Shown one piece after another: positions 37,341 through 49,622 of a DNA stretch of 64,000 nt; position 1 is the first letter of the stretch, and each line of letters starts with the position of its first letter. The notes beneath the pieces were generated by a model that was not told where the DNA came from, made no database searches, and worked only from the letters and a program-made list of their open reading frames with translations. A program made the position numbers and the translations under genes. Source of the stretch: Squalus acanthias (Eukaryota); NCBI GenBank assembly GCA_030390025.1, contig CM059431.1, positions 100,504,001 to 100,568,000 on the forward strand, written 5' to 3'.

Positions 37341-37819
37341 GATAATGATCAATCCAGTTTCAGACTGCTGTTGCTGGATTCAATTTGAGTGCCCCGCGCG
37401 CGCGCCAGGCTCCACCCCCCCCCCCCCCTCAGTTTACACTTAGCAACATCAAAGCCTCACTTCTGGGCTCTGACATACCGTAAGTGATGCACATGCACGG
37501 TAGGTGTGACAACAGAGCGAGGCGTTGGCTCTTATAGTGAAGCTCAGCCAAATGACACACGCCGGGGCTTTCAACTTTGGCAGGGACACAAAGATCGGAA
37601 ATTGAAACTGTGAAAGAAAATCGCGCGGGGTGTTTAACGGGCAGCCAATGGGCCATTTGGCCGATAGAATCATAGAAGCTTACAGCACAGAAGGAGACCA
37701 TTTGGCCCATCATGCCTGTGCTGGCTCTTTGGAACAGCAGTCGTGCTCAGTCCCACATCTCTGCTTTTTTGTCCGTAACCCTGTCAGTTCCTCACCCTCA
37801 AGTATCCGTCCAACTCTGT

Positions 37820-38430
37820 CACTGTTGGCTCTTATGTTCATCTGCCACTGAAACCCTCGTCCATGCCTTTGTTACCTCCAGACTCGACTATTCCAACGCT
37901 CTCCTGGCCGGCCTCCCACCTTCCACCCCCCGTAATCTTGAGCTCATCCACAACTCTGCTGATCGTATCCTAACTCGCACCAAGTTCCGTTCACCCCTGT
38001 GCTCGCTGACCTATATTGGCTCCCGGTCCGGCAACGCCTCAATCTTTTGTGTTGAAATCCCTTCAGGGCCTTGCTCCTCTCTATCTCTGTAATCTCCTCC
38101 AGCCCTACAACCTTCTGAGATCTCGGAGCACCTTTAATTCCGGCCTCTTGCGCATCCCCGATATTCATCGACCCACCATTGGTGGCCGCGCCTTCAGCGG
38201 CCTCGGCCCTAAGCTTTTCTAATTCACTCCCTAAACCTCTCCGCCTCGCTACCTCTCTTTCCTCCTTTAAGACGCTCCTTAAAACCTACCTCTTTGACCA
38301 AGCTTCTGGTTACCTGTCCTAATCTCTCTTTATGTGGCTCGGTGTCAAATTTTGTCCAATTGGCTCCTGTCATGAGCCTTGAGACGTTTTACTATGTTAA
38401 AGGTGCTATATAAATTCAAGTTGTTGTTGA
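37820..38430 (+). mobile_element. L2 LINE 3' fragment
   Basis: ETLVHAFVTSRLDYSNALLAGLP; tail AAAGGTGCTATATAAATTCAAG(TTG)n. Confidence 0.9.
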
Positions 38431-40005
38431 TTTGTTGCACATTTTCCATCAGGCCAGCTCCTTTCTATAATGAGAAGCCCAAAACTAACAAAAAGCTCTG
38501 TAGCTGTCCATAGTTGGTTTAGATAGATTCGTGCTGCAACATCAAGTAACCTTGACAATCTAAATGCATTTGAGATCCTGCAGGTTGTATTGTTATTATG
38601 TCCTTATTACACTGACTGTTTTTATTCCATGCCATTCTCTATTTACCTCTATTGATGGTCGTGCTTGGCATTGCATTGTTATAATGGCAAGCTGGGTAGT
38701 TTTGCAAAGTATTGGCTCCACACAAGCACCACCACAAAAGCCAACCCTCAGAGTAATGCTTTTTAAAATCCCAATATCAATTCAGAGAGCAGAACTTGGG
38801 TAGGTATGTACTGCGTACGCTATGCTCATTTGAAAGAAATGCCAACTCGGTTTCATTATTAAGCTGTCAATGTAAATAGGCTACGAGAATTAATCATGTA
38901 AATGAAAATGGTGCGTGACTGCAGTGGGGGGTACCCTTTTCGGAATGGGTCAAGTAACATTATAGGACCAGCACAGGAGAAGCTCTAACCTGCATCTAAC
39001 TTGCACTTTACCTGACCTAAGACTACTTGATGCTGTCATTACAGAGAGGAAAGATGTTTCATTCTCCAGTACAATTATTCCTAAACATAAGTACCAAGAT
39101 AGAAGCAAAACACAAAACAAAAAGGAATTAAAACAACATAATCTGGCGATTGAAAATTTATGAGCTACTAGTAAAATGGGCAGCAGGCATTTACTGTTTT
39201 AAGAGACTGGATTATGCACGAATCCACAATTAACTGTGACCATTGCTCAGGCTAACAAACATTAAATGCTTTAATGGCAATTCTTTTAAAGATCCATTAT
39301 TTTTCCTGCCAGGAGACATATTAAATGCCAGTAACAGGAGAACAACATTTCTACAGTTTTCATTAGACACTCCATTACATAGAAACTGCAGCACAGAAAC
39401 AGGCCATTCGGCCCAACTGGTCTATGCCAGTGTTTATGCTCCACACCAGCCTCCTCGCAACCCCTCCAAGTAGCAAATATCAGGCAAATAAAAACACAGG
39501 AAGCAAATAACTTCAGTCATAACGCTGCAAAAATCAAAGCGCAATAAAATAACATAGAATTAGTAATTAGAGTCCGAAGCCTTCACCAAAAAAAAACTAA
39601 CAGTAGAGTTTCGCTTGCCATCTCATGTCAGGAAATCAAGTGAATCATTATATCCCAGCTGATGCCCTTACAACTGGCAACATGACTGGATTTACAATCA
39701 GCCCCCTTATGATGCAAAGGTCAGTGGAGTATGTGCTAAGCAGCACCATGCTGCCAAAGGAAGCTCAGGTGGCACTGATAGCCGGAAAAAATACTGATGC
39801 GCCATGCGGCAGACTGAACTTGGCAAATGTAGATGAGGGAGCCGCCAAGCAGACCCCGGTAGCACGGAAACAGTGGAAATCTAAAGCATCAAAATGGCTT
39901 ACGGCTGTGACTTAAAAGTGCAACATGCATATTCCAAGAAGCAAGAAAAGCTGAGCTGACAATAGTACAGAAAAATGGGACCACCAAACTAAAACTAATT
40001 GTAAG

Positions 40006-40143
40006 CAATGTCCCCCGTTAAGCTGTGTGGCTGCACACCAGTCCCGCTCGGGCCGGCCCACCGGCTTCTAAATGGAAAAACCGCGCATGCATGGAAATAT
40101 GAATGGGCTGCACACCCAAAAAAAAATATCAGAGGAAACATTG
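40006..40143. mobile_element. hAT-type MITE (same family as 26667-26813)
   Basis: TIR CAATGTCCCC / GGAAACATTG; 8-bp TSD ATTGTAAG (39998-40005, 40144-40151). Confidence 0.85.
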
Positions 40144-40199
40144 ATTGTAAGGAGTAATTCATTAGTTTGACTTTTTTTTTTAAAATACCTGAATCTATA

Positions 40200-40965
40200 T
40201 TTAAGGTAACTGGCAAAAGAGCCAGCGGGGAGAAGAGGAGATATTTTTTCACACAGCGAGTTGTTGTGATCTGGAATGCGCTGCCCGAAAGGGCGGTGGA
40301 AGCAGATTCAATAGTAACTTTCAAAAAGCAATTGGATAAATACTTGAAGGGGACTCATTAGAATCATACAGTACAGGGGGAGGCCATTCAGCCCATTGTG
40401 CCTGTGCCGGCTCTTTGAAATAGCTGTCCGATTAGTCCCACTCCCCCCTGCTCTTTCCCCATATCACTTCAAGTAACAACATTTCTACAGTTTTACATCG
40501 GATATACGGCACAGAAACAGGCCATTCGGCCCAACCAGTCCATGCCGGTGTTTATGCTCCACTCGAGCCTCCTCCCGTCTTTCCTCATCTAAATCTATCA
40601 GCATAACCCACTATTCCCTTCTCCCTCATATGTTTGTCCAGCCTCCCCCTTACTATTCGCTTCAACCACTCCCTGTGGTAGCGAGTTCCACATTCTCACC
40701 ACTCTCTGGGTAAAGAAGTTTCTTCTGAATTCCCTATTGGATTTCTTGGTGACTATCTTATATTGATGGCCTCTAGTTATGCTCTTCCCCACAAGTGGAA
40801 ACATTCTCTCTCTATCCACTCTATCAAAATTTTTCAGACCTCTATTAGGTCACCCCTCAGCCTTCTCTTTTCAAGAGAAAAGAGACCCAGCCTGTCCATC
40901 CTTTCCTGATAGCTATAATCTCGCATTTCTGGTATCATCCTTGTAAATCTTCTCTGCACCCTCTC
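40200..40965. mobile_element. Cluster of CR1 3' fragments (+ 40200-40350; - 40358-40460; - 40495-40965)
   Basis: FFTQRVV..WN.LP motifs, CR1 tails. Confidence 0.85.
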
Positions 40966-41274
40966 ATTAGCCACTCCATTACGTAGAATTACACAGAAAT
41001 TATAGCACAGAAACAGGCCATTATGTTATGTTAACAACATGTTACTCTCATTGAAAGAAGTAAAATATGCAATCATAAACACTGAGCTGTTAGTTAAAAT
41101 TGTGGCAAAGCAAACGATTCCTTACAGAACTAAAATATTTCTATTAATGTGGAATTCCTCTGTTAATTAAATGTGGGTAGGTGGCTGCTTTTCTCCTTTA
41201 TCAGCAACCACTAACAAAAGTGCATTCTTGGAAACCATACATTTCAAAGTCGGATGTTACTACAATTTTGATAC

Positions 41275-41897
41275 TAACAACTTGCATTTATACATAGATG
41301 CGACTTTAACGTAGTAAAACGTCCTAAGCCATTTTGCAGGAGCGCTAACGGATACAATTTGACACCAAAGGAAATATTAGGGCAGGTGGCCAAAAGCTTG
41401 ATCAAAGAGGCACTCCTGGCCGGCCTCCCACATTCTACCCCACGTAAACTTGAGCTCATCCAAAACTCGGCTGCCTGTGTCCTAACTCGCACCAAGTCCC
41501 GTTCACCCATCACCCCTGTGCTCGCTGACCTGCATTGGCTCCCGGTTAAGCAACGCCTCAATTTCAAAATTCTCATCCTTGTTTTCAAATCCCTCCATGG
41601 CCTCGCCCCCTCCCTATCTCTGTAATCTGCCCCCCCCCCCCCCCCCCCCGCCCCGAGATATCTGCGATCCTCTAATTCTGCCCTCTTGAGCATCCCTGAT
41701 TATAATCGCTCCACCATTGGTGGCCGTGCCTTTAGTTTTAGTTTAGCATTTAGGTGCAACTTAAAGGAAGAGAGAGCGGTAGAGAGGGGAGGAGGTTTAG
41801 GGAAGGAATTCCAGAGCTTTGGGCCCAGGCAGCTGAAGGCACGGCTGCCAATGGTGGAGTGATTAAAATCAGGGATGCACAAGAGGCCAGAATTGGA
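41275..41897. mobile_element. L2 3' sequences in alternating orientation (- / + / -)
   Basis: Minus tail 41275-41410, plus LLAGLP..LHWLPVKQR 41411-41735, minus 41755-41897. Confidence 0.85.
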
Positions 41898-42079
41898 CAC
41901 ATTAAAAAAAGCTTTAACAGCTTTGGATTTAGAAGCAAATAGAATAGACTTTGTTGTGCCTGTAGAAGCTTACATCAGGATATTCATACAAAATACAATC
42001 CCATGAAAACATGGCAGATAACACATAGGCTTAGGAAGACACATGGCTCTGCAATTCAGCACAGCCAGTTGCTGCTGAC

Positions 42080-42270
42080 AAATTTGCATTTATATGGCAT
42101 CTTTAACGTAGTAAAACATCCCAAGGCGCTTCGCGGGAGCGATTATCAAACAAAATTTGACATCGAGCCACATCAGGAGATATTAGGACAGGGACCAAAA
42201 GCTTGGTCAAAGAGGGAGGTTTTAAGAAGCGTCTTAAAGGAGGAGAGAGAGGCGGCGAGGTTTAGGGACC
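42080..42270 (-). mobile_element. L2 3' end
   Basis: TTGCATTTATATGGCATCTTTAACGTAGTAAAAC.. Confidence 0.8.
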
Positions 42271-42551
42271 TGCCAATCCAGTCCAGCACTAATCCCGATA
42301 TAATCTGCTGGTTCTGCTAATTTGCATACTCACTGGCATGGGCGTAGTGCAACTCCCTTGTAACATGGGAGTAATGTGCGAGAGGGGTGGAAACGTCAGG
42401 TGCAGCCTTTACAAATCGCCACTCACCTCAAACTGTCAACAGCAGGCTGGAGGACTGGCGCTTCAAGTGGTGAACCTTATTGCAAAACTAAATGCATTGG
42501 CAGTTCGAGGCTTCAAAGGTCTGGACTGAGATTTCGCGAGTGCTTTCAAGA

Positions 42552-42806
42552 ATGTCCGGAAGAGCAGACAGAGGTCGAACCCAAAGGAGGGAGCAGGCAA
42601 TTCGAAGTGGAGAGAAACGATGACCCCAAAGCTTCACTGACCTTCAGACACTCCTGGATGGAATGCAGCAGTGGAGAGGTTTGTTGGGTGCTCGTGGGAG
42701 GAAGCCTCAGAAAAACTGCGTTGACAACCACGTGGAGGGAGGTGGCACGAGCACTTCTCTGACCCCCGGAACTGTAGCTTAATGACCGGACAAGAGCAGA
42801 TGAGGT
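42552..42806 (+). pseudogene. Second, older Harbinger Myb/SANT-like exon remnant
   Basis: M..EKR*PQSFTDLQTLLDGMQQWRGLL..GRKP / LTTTWREVA / NDRTRADE|GT parallels exon 1 at 16470-16705. Confidence 0.5.
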
Positions 42807-43066
42807 AACAGACAGGCCACGGTCCCTTCTCTTTCTTGGACACCAACACACCGTTAACCCTCTAATATGACTTCCTGGACAATTCCTCCTTCTCACTGAT
42901 CGTGTCTTGCATCGTTTGTTGGCACTTATTCTTATAAGAATCATTTAGGAATACAGGAACAGGAGGCCATTCAGCCCCTCGAGCCTGTTACGAACATACG
43001 AACAATGACGGGCAAGTAAAGACCCTCTGGTCCACCCACACAATTATGATATCTTGTGTATCCCAA

Positions 43067-43830
43067 TTTTTTTTTTATTCGTTTATGGGATGTGGGCATC
43101 GCTGGCAAGGCCAGCATTTATTGCCCATCCCTAAGTGCCCTTGAGAAGGTGGCGGTGAGCCGCCTTCTTGAACCGTTGCAGTCCGTATGGTGATGGTACT
43201 CCCACGGTGCTGTTAGGGAGGGAGTTCCAGGATTTTGACCCAGCGACGATGAAGGATCGGCGATATACTTCTAAGTCAAGATGGTGTGTGACTTGGAGGG
43301 GAACTTGGAGGTGGTGGTGTTCCCATGCACCTGCTGCCCTTGTCCTTCTAGGTGGAAGAGGTCGCGGGTTTGGGAGGTGCTGCCGAAGAAGCCTTGGTGA
43401 GTTGCTGCAGTGCATCTTGTAGATGGTACACACTGCAGCCACGGTACGCCGGTGGTGGAGGGAGTGAATGTTTAAGGTGGTGGATGGGGTGCCAATCAAG
43501 CGGATCGCTTTGTCCTGGATGGTGTCGAGCTTCTTGAGTGTTGTTGGAGCTGCACTCATCCAGGCAAGTGGAAAGTATTCCATCACACTCCTGGCTTGTG
43601 CCTTGTAGATGGTGGAAAGGCTTTGGGGAGTCAGGAGGTGAGACACTCGCCGCAGGATACCTAGCCTCTGACCTGCTCTTGTTGCCACAGTATTTATGTG
43701 GCTGGTCCAGTTAAGTTTCTGGTCAATGGTGACCCCCAGGATGTTGACGGTGGGATCTTCGTTTAATGTCAAGGGGAGGTGGTTAGACTCGCGCTTGTTG
43801 GAGATAGTCATTGCCTGGCAGTTAAGTTTC
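43067..43830 (-). mobile_element. Non-LTR retrotransposon 3' fragment (CR1/Jockey-group, distinct family) with A-rich tail
   Basis: ILGVTIDQKLNWTSHI..IYKAQARSVMEY..WNSLP; poly(T) on + strand at ~43067. Confidence 0.85.
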
Positions 43831-43992
43831 TGGTTAATAAATAGACTACCCACCCCACCCAAAACCCTGTGATCTCCTGGGAGAGGCGAAAAACCAGATA
43901 AAAACCCAGGCCAATTTGGGGGGGAAAAATCTGGGAAATTCCTCTCTGAACTATCTCGGCATTCAAAACTAGTCCAGATCATCACCCTGGCG

Positions 43993-45835
43993 TCAAGGGG
44001 TATGGGGAGAGAGCGGGAATATGGTATTGAGATAGAGGATCAGCCATGATCATATTGAATGGCGGAGCAGGCTCAAAGGGCCGAATGGCCGACTCCTGCT
44101 CCTATTTTTCTATGTTTCTATGGCCCTGAATTCCCTGCAGTACCTACCTTCTGAAACAGGTCCAGCTCTCGCTTGAAGGAATTCAACAAATCGGCGTCCA
44201 CCGCACAAGACGGCAGCCTGTTCCAGAGGTCCACTATTCTCGAGGAATGATCCGCCATTCAAATAGATCATGGCTGATCTGTACCTCAAATCCATTTACC
44301 TGCCTTGGTTCTATAACCCTTAATACCCTTACCTAACAAAAAATCTATCGCTCTCAGTCTTGAAAATTTCAATGGACCCCCAGCATCCACAGCCTTTTGG
44401 GGGAGAGAGTTCCCGATTTCCACTACCCTTGTGTGAAAACATGCTTCCTAATTTCACTCCTGAATGGCCGAGCTCTAATTTTAAGGTTATGCCCCCTTGT
44501 TCGGCATTCCCCACAAGAGGAAGTCGTCTCTCTCCGATTGTTGTTTCTCTGTATCTACCCTATCGAATTGCTTTATCATTTTAAATACATCTGTTACATC
44601 ACCCTTCGACCTTCTAAATTCAAGGAAATACAAACCACGTTTATGCAACCTGTTCTTGTGTAATTTAACCCTTTAAGCCGTGGAATCATTCTGGTGAATT
44701 TGTGCTGTACTCCCTCCAAGACCTATGTACCTTTCGTGAGGTTAGGCGCCCAAAACTGAACACAGTACTCCAGAAAGGGTCTGACCAAGGCTCATAGAAA
44801 CATAGAAGATAGGAGCAGGAGTAGGCCATTCGGCCCCTCGAGCCTGCTCCGTCATTCAATGCGATCATGGCTGATCATCCAAATTCAGTACCCTCTCATT
44901 CTTCTAAACTCTAGCGAATACAAGCCCAATCGACCCAATCTCTCTTCATACGTCATTCCTGCCATCCCAGGTATCAGTCTGGTGAATCTTCGCTGCACTC
45001 CCTCCATGGCAAGAACATCCTTCCTCAGATAAGGCGACCAAAACTGCACACAATACTCAAGGTGTGGTCTCACCAAGGCCCTGTACAACTGCAGCAAGAT
45101 ATCCTTGCTCCTGTACTCGAATCCTCTTGCTATGAAGGCCAACATACCATTTGCCTTCTTAACCGCCTGCTGCACCTGCATGCTTACCTTCAGCGACTAC
45201 ACAACTGAAGCATCACTTCCTCTCTTTCTGAATTCCCACCTGCTGGAGGTAAACGCCAAAATTCCATTCACCTTTTGATTACTTTTTGTACCCGTGCACT
45301 AGCATTTAGTGATTTGTGTACATGGACACCCCAAATCCCATTGCTCCTCCACAGCTCCTCGTCTCTCACCACTAAAAAACTATTCCGATTTGTCTTTCTG
45401 GGATCAAAAGTGGATGACCTCACACTTCCCCACATTGACCTCCATCTGCCATAGTCTGTCTATGTCCCTTTGTAACTTCCTACTTACTGTGCCTCCTAAC
45501 TTAGAGTCATCTGCAAACTTGGATATACAGCGCTCTATTCCTTCAACCAAATCATTAATATATACAGTGTAAAGCAGAGGCCCCAGTAAAGTGGTGTTCC
45601 TCAGGGCCCCAGTTCCCTCTGAGGAACACCAATTGGCCCATTTCGCCAATAAGAGAACAAACCCTTTATTCCTACTCTTTGTCCACAACTAAAAATCAAT
45701 TACCAACCCATGCCACAAGGTTACCTCCAATTCTGTGCCCTCCCATTTTTGCAAATAATCTCTTGTGCGGAACCTTAGCAAATCCCTTCTGGAAGCCCAT
45801 ATGGACAACCTCCATCGACACTCCCCAATCCACCG
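43993..45835. mobile_element. Nested cluster of CR1 fragments of several subfamilies
   Basis: + tail 43993-44120; minus fragments 44247-44790, 44793-45197, 45240-45835 (KFADD, LVRPHLEYCVQFWSP). Confidence 0.85.
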
Positions 45836-46644
45836 TAACACAACACAGCCCAAGAATCAAACCTGGGGCCTTCAGGTCTACGTGGCTTGGTAACACATCA
45901 TATGGTGCATTTGCCTACAGATTCCGAACCCACTGGTTATTATGAATGAAAAGAGTATGTGCAGCATCATTTACCAGCAACTCTGCATTTATTAGATGAC
46001 AATACTACTGAAAGCACTTGAGAAAAGAGCTGAAATACTGCTTACCACGGTGCCAAGGTATTGAATTTTCATATTTCCAGCTGCATTTCGGGAAAGGCAC
46101 TGAAAATAAAAAAATGACAAGAAATTGTCACAATATACAATTCCCAGAGGGTCAAAATCAATTACTGTTCAGCAAGCCAAAATTATCCAATAATGTTTTG
46201 ATCGGGACAGAAATAACCTTCCTATATGAAACCGAACTCTGTTCTTGTCACAACACGTTGCAACAGTTGTAACAAGACTATTTTGTTAAATATATACACA
46301 AGAAAACAAGATTAATTATTTAGTGAAAGATGAATGCCGACAGTGATAAAATAATCCGGTGCAGACAGGTATACGAAAATTGTCAGGAAGTTAAACTTTA
46401 TCCTGGTGAATAAGCAACAATTTTAAGAGAAAACAATCCACGAATAAACCTATCATTTGTTTACATAGAAAAATTGGTTTAACATCAGAGAGGCACACAT
46501 AAGAGCCTAAGAATTAGGAGCCGTGCATAACATGTAAAAAGCAACTCAGGTAGTTATAAAACGGTATCTACTAAAGATACAGAATTTGGACTCATATTTT
46601 GCACTCAATGTCAGAAAACCCAAATCGTGAAGCGGTAAACATAC

Positions 46645-47055
46645 ATAGAATCATACAGCATAGAAGGAGGCCATTCGGCCCATCGTGCCTGTGCCGGCTC
46701 TTTGACAGAGCTCTCCAATTAGTCCCATTCCCCCCTGCTCTTCCCATAGCCCTGCAAACTTTTTTACTTTTCAAATATGTATCCAATTCCTTTGTGAGTG
46801 TTATTATTGAATCTGCTTCCACCACCCTTTCAGGCAGCGCATTCCGGATCACAACAACTCGCTGCGTTAAAAAGATTCTCCTCATCCCCCCCCCTCTGGT
46901 TCTTTTGCCAAATACCTTAAATCTGGGTCCTCTGGTCACCGACCCTCCTGCCACTGGAAACAGTTTCTCCTCATTTATTCTATCAAAACCCCTCATAATT
47001 TTGAACACCTCTATTAAATCTCCCCTTAACCTTCTCTGCTCGAAGAGGAACAACC
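46645..47055 (-). mobile_element. CR1 3' fragment
   Basis: ORF 46592-47053. Confidence 0.88.
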
Positions 47056-47330
47056 ACCAGCTTTATTGGAAGTAACACAATTCCCTGCAGTTCGCCATTT
47101 GGCAAAGCCAAGATTTCAATGGATAAAAGATTTACAATAAAGAACGAACGAACTTGCATTTATATAGTGCCTTTCATGACCTCAAAATGTCCCAAAGCGC
47201 ACCACAGTCAATGAAATACTTTTGAAGTGTAGTCAATGTTGTAACATAGGGAACTGCAACTACCAATTAGTGCACAGCAAGGTCCCACAAACAACAAGAT
47301 CAATGACAAGACAATCTATTTTTTGTTGAT

Positions 47331-47545
47331 AACAAAATACTGCGGATGCTGGAAAATTGAAACAACAACAGAAAACGCTGGAAAAACTCAGCAGGCCAGG
47401 CAACATCCGTGGAGAGAGAAACAGAGTTAACGTTTCAGGTCGAAAACCCTTCGTCAGAACTGAGAAAAAGGGTTTCGACCTGAAACGTTAACTCTGTTTC
47501 TCTCTCCACGGATGTTGCCTGGCCTGCTGAGTTTTTCCAGCGTTT
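47331..47545. mobile_element. Penelope-like terminal-repeat fragment in fold-back arrangement
   Basis: ~70-bp inverted arms (47370-47451 vs 47468-47548); 16-bp TSD TCTATTTTTTGTTGAT (47315-47330, 47546-47561). Confidence 0.7.
47425..47461 (-). ncRNA. Putative minimal type-I hammerhead ribozyme motif
   Basis: Minus strand AGUU-CUGACGA-AGG(GUUUUCGA)CCU-GAAAC-GUU-AACU: core CUGANGA/GAAA/NUH, 3-bp helix II, 4-bp helix I. Confidence 0.55.
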
Positions 47546-48069
47546 TCTATTTTTTGTTGATGTTGGTTGAGGGATAAATATTGGCCTGAACTCCCCTGCT
47601 CGCCTTCTCATAGTGGCTGTGGGATCTTTTGCATCCACCCGAGAGGGCAGACGGGGCTTCGGTTTAACATCTCATCCAAAAGACGGCATCTCTGAAAATA
47701 CAGTACTCCCGCAGGATTGCTCTGAAGTGTCAGCCTAGATTATATGCTTTAGTCTCTGGAGTAACAGACTGATGTAAGTATCTTTCATATCAAGGTAAAA
47801 GCCATTTGAGAAGAAATATGTTTTTCAATTTGCAGCAGAACCAACATGACATACGGCTTCATTCTCCCCTCATCTTCCAGAGCAACACATAATGTACAGG
47901 CAAGTTAGCGTGCACAAAGGATGCCTACCTGTTCGCAGGCTCCCCAACCAATTTTTCCCTCCCTCCCTGTGGAGAAGCTCCTTACCACAGCATCACATCT
48001 CAGTAAAGTGGAGGAAAATTGAAACTGCACGTGCCACACCATAATCTTCTCTCTTCTCACTCCTACCCT

Positions 48070-48497
48070 TAAGATGATTAAAGGAGTTGATAGGGTAGAG
48101 AAAGAGAAACTATTTCCTCTGGTGGGGGGAGTCCAGAACAATGGGTATAACCTTAAAATTAGAGCCAGGCCGTTCAGGGGTGATGTCAGGAAGCACTTCT
48201 TCACACAAAGTGTGGTGGAAATCTGGAACTCACTCCCCCAAAAAGCTGTTGAGGCTGGGGGGTCAATTGAAAATTTCAAAATTGAGATCGATAGATTTTT
48301 GTTGGTTAAAGGTTTACGGAACTAAGGCAGGTAAATGGAGTTAAGGTACAGATCAGCCATGATCTAACTGAATGGCAGTTTGGCAACACTCGGGCAAGGT
48401 GGGACTGACCCTGGGAGCCATGGCAACACTCGGGCAAGGTGGGACTGACCCTGGGAGCCATGGGTCACGAGGGGGTGAGTGGCTTCCTCCTGTTCCT
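48070..48497 (+). mobile_element. CR1 3' fragment, UTR interrupted by two inverted minisatellite units
   Basis: ORF 48074-48325; UTR resumes ..GGCTTCCTCCTGTTCCT at ~48480. Confidence 0.8.
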
Positions 48498-49622
48498 ACC
48501 CGAGTGCTGCCATGACTGCAAGGGTCAGTCCCACCTTGCCCAGAGTGTTGCCATGGCTCTCAGGGTCAGTCCCACCTTGCCTGGAGTGTTGCCATGACGC
48601 CAAGGGTCAGTCCCACCTTGCCCGGAGTGTTGCCATGGCTCCCAGGGTCAGTCCCACCTTGTCTGGAGTGTTGCTATGGCTTTCAGGGTCAGTCCCACCT
48701 TGCCCAGAGTGTTGCTATGGCTCTCAGGGTCAGTCCCACCTTATCCGGAGTGTTGCCATGACGCCAAGGGTCAGTCCCACCTTGCCAGGAGTGTTGCCAT
48801 GGCTCCCAGGGTCAGTCCCACCTTGTCCAGAGTGTTGCCATGGCTTTCAGGGTCAGTCCTACCTTATCCGGAGTGTTGCCATGACGCCAAGGGTCAGTCC
48901 CACCTTGCCCGGAGTGTTGCCATGACGCCAAGGGTCAGTCCCACCTTGCCCGGAGTGTTGCCATGGCTCCCAGGGTCAGTCCCACCTTGCCCGGAGTGTT
49001 GCCATGGCTCCCAGGGTCAGTCCCACCTTGCCCAGAGTGTTGCCATGGCTCCCAGGGTCAGTCCCACCTTGCCCGGAGTGTTGCCATGGCTCCCAGGGTC
49101 AGTCCCACCTTGCCCAGAGTGTTGCCATGGCTCCCAGGGTCAGTCCCACCTTGCCCGGAGTGTTGCTATGGCTCTCAGGGTCAGTACCCCCTTGTCCAGA
49201 GTGTTGCCATGGCTCTCAGGGTCAGTCCTACCTTATCCGGAGTGTTGCCATGACGCCAAGGGTCAGTCCCACCTTGCCCGGAGTGTTGCCATGACGCCAA
49301 GGGTCAGTCCCACCTTGCCCGGAGTGTTGCCATGGCTCCCAGGGTCAGTCCCACCTTGCCCGGAGTGTTGCCATGGCTCCCAGGGTCAGTCCCACCTTGC
49401 CCAGAGTGTTGCCATGGCTCCCAGGGTCAGTCCCACCTTGCCCGGAGTGTTGCCATGGCTCCCAGGGTCAGTCCCACCTTGCCCAGAGTGTTGCCATGGC
49501 TCCCAGGGTCAGTCCCACCTTGCCCGGAGTGTTGCTATGGCTCTCAGGGTCAGTCCCCCCTTGTCCAGAGTGTTGCCATGGCTCTCAGGGTCAGTCCCCC
49601 CTTGTCCAGAGTGTTGCTATGG
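48498..49622. repeat. 41-bp minisatellite (~27 units), GCCATGGCTCCCAGGGTCAGTCCCACCTTGCCCGGAGTGTT
   Basis: Directly visible tandem array. Confidence 0.97.

Larger units (their letters stand above)
47145..47762 (-). mobile_element. Deu-domain SINE (antisense) split by a Penelope-like insert
   Basis: SINE tail at 47145, body resumes at 47562. Confidence 0.8.

Noticed and set aside
39625..39915. 96-aa ATG-initiated ORF in unique sequence
   Set aside because: No recognisable domain or splice support; length is within chance expectation
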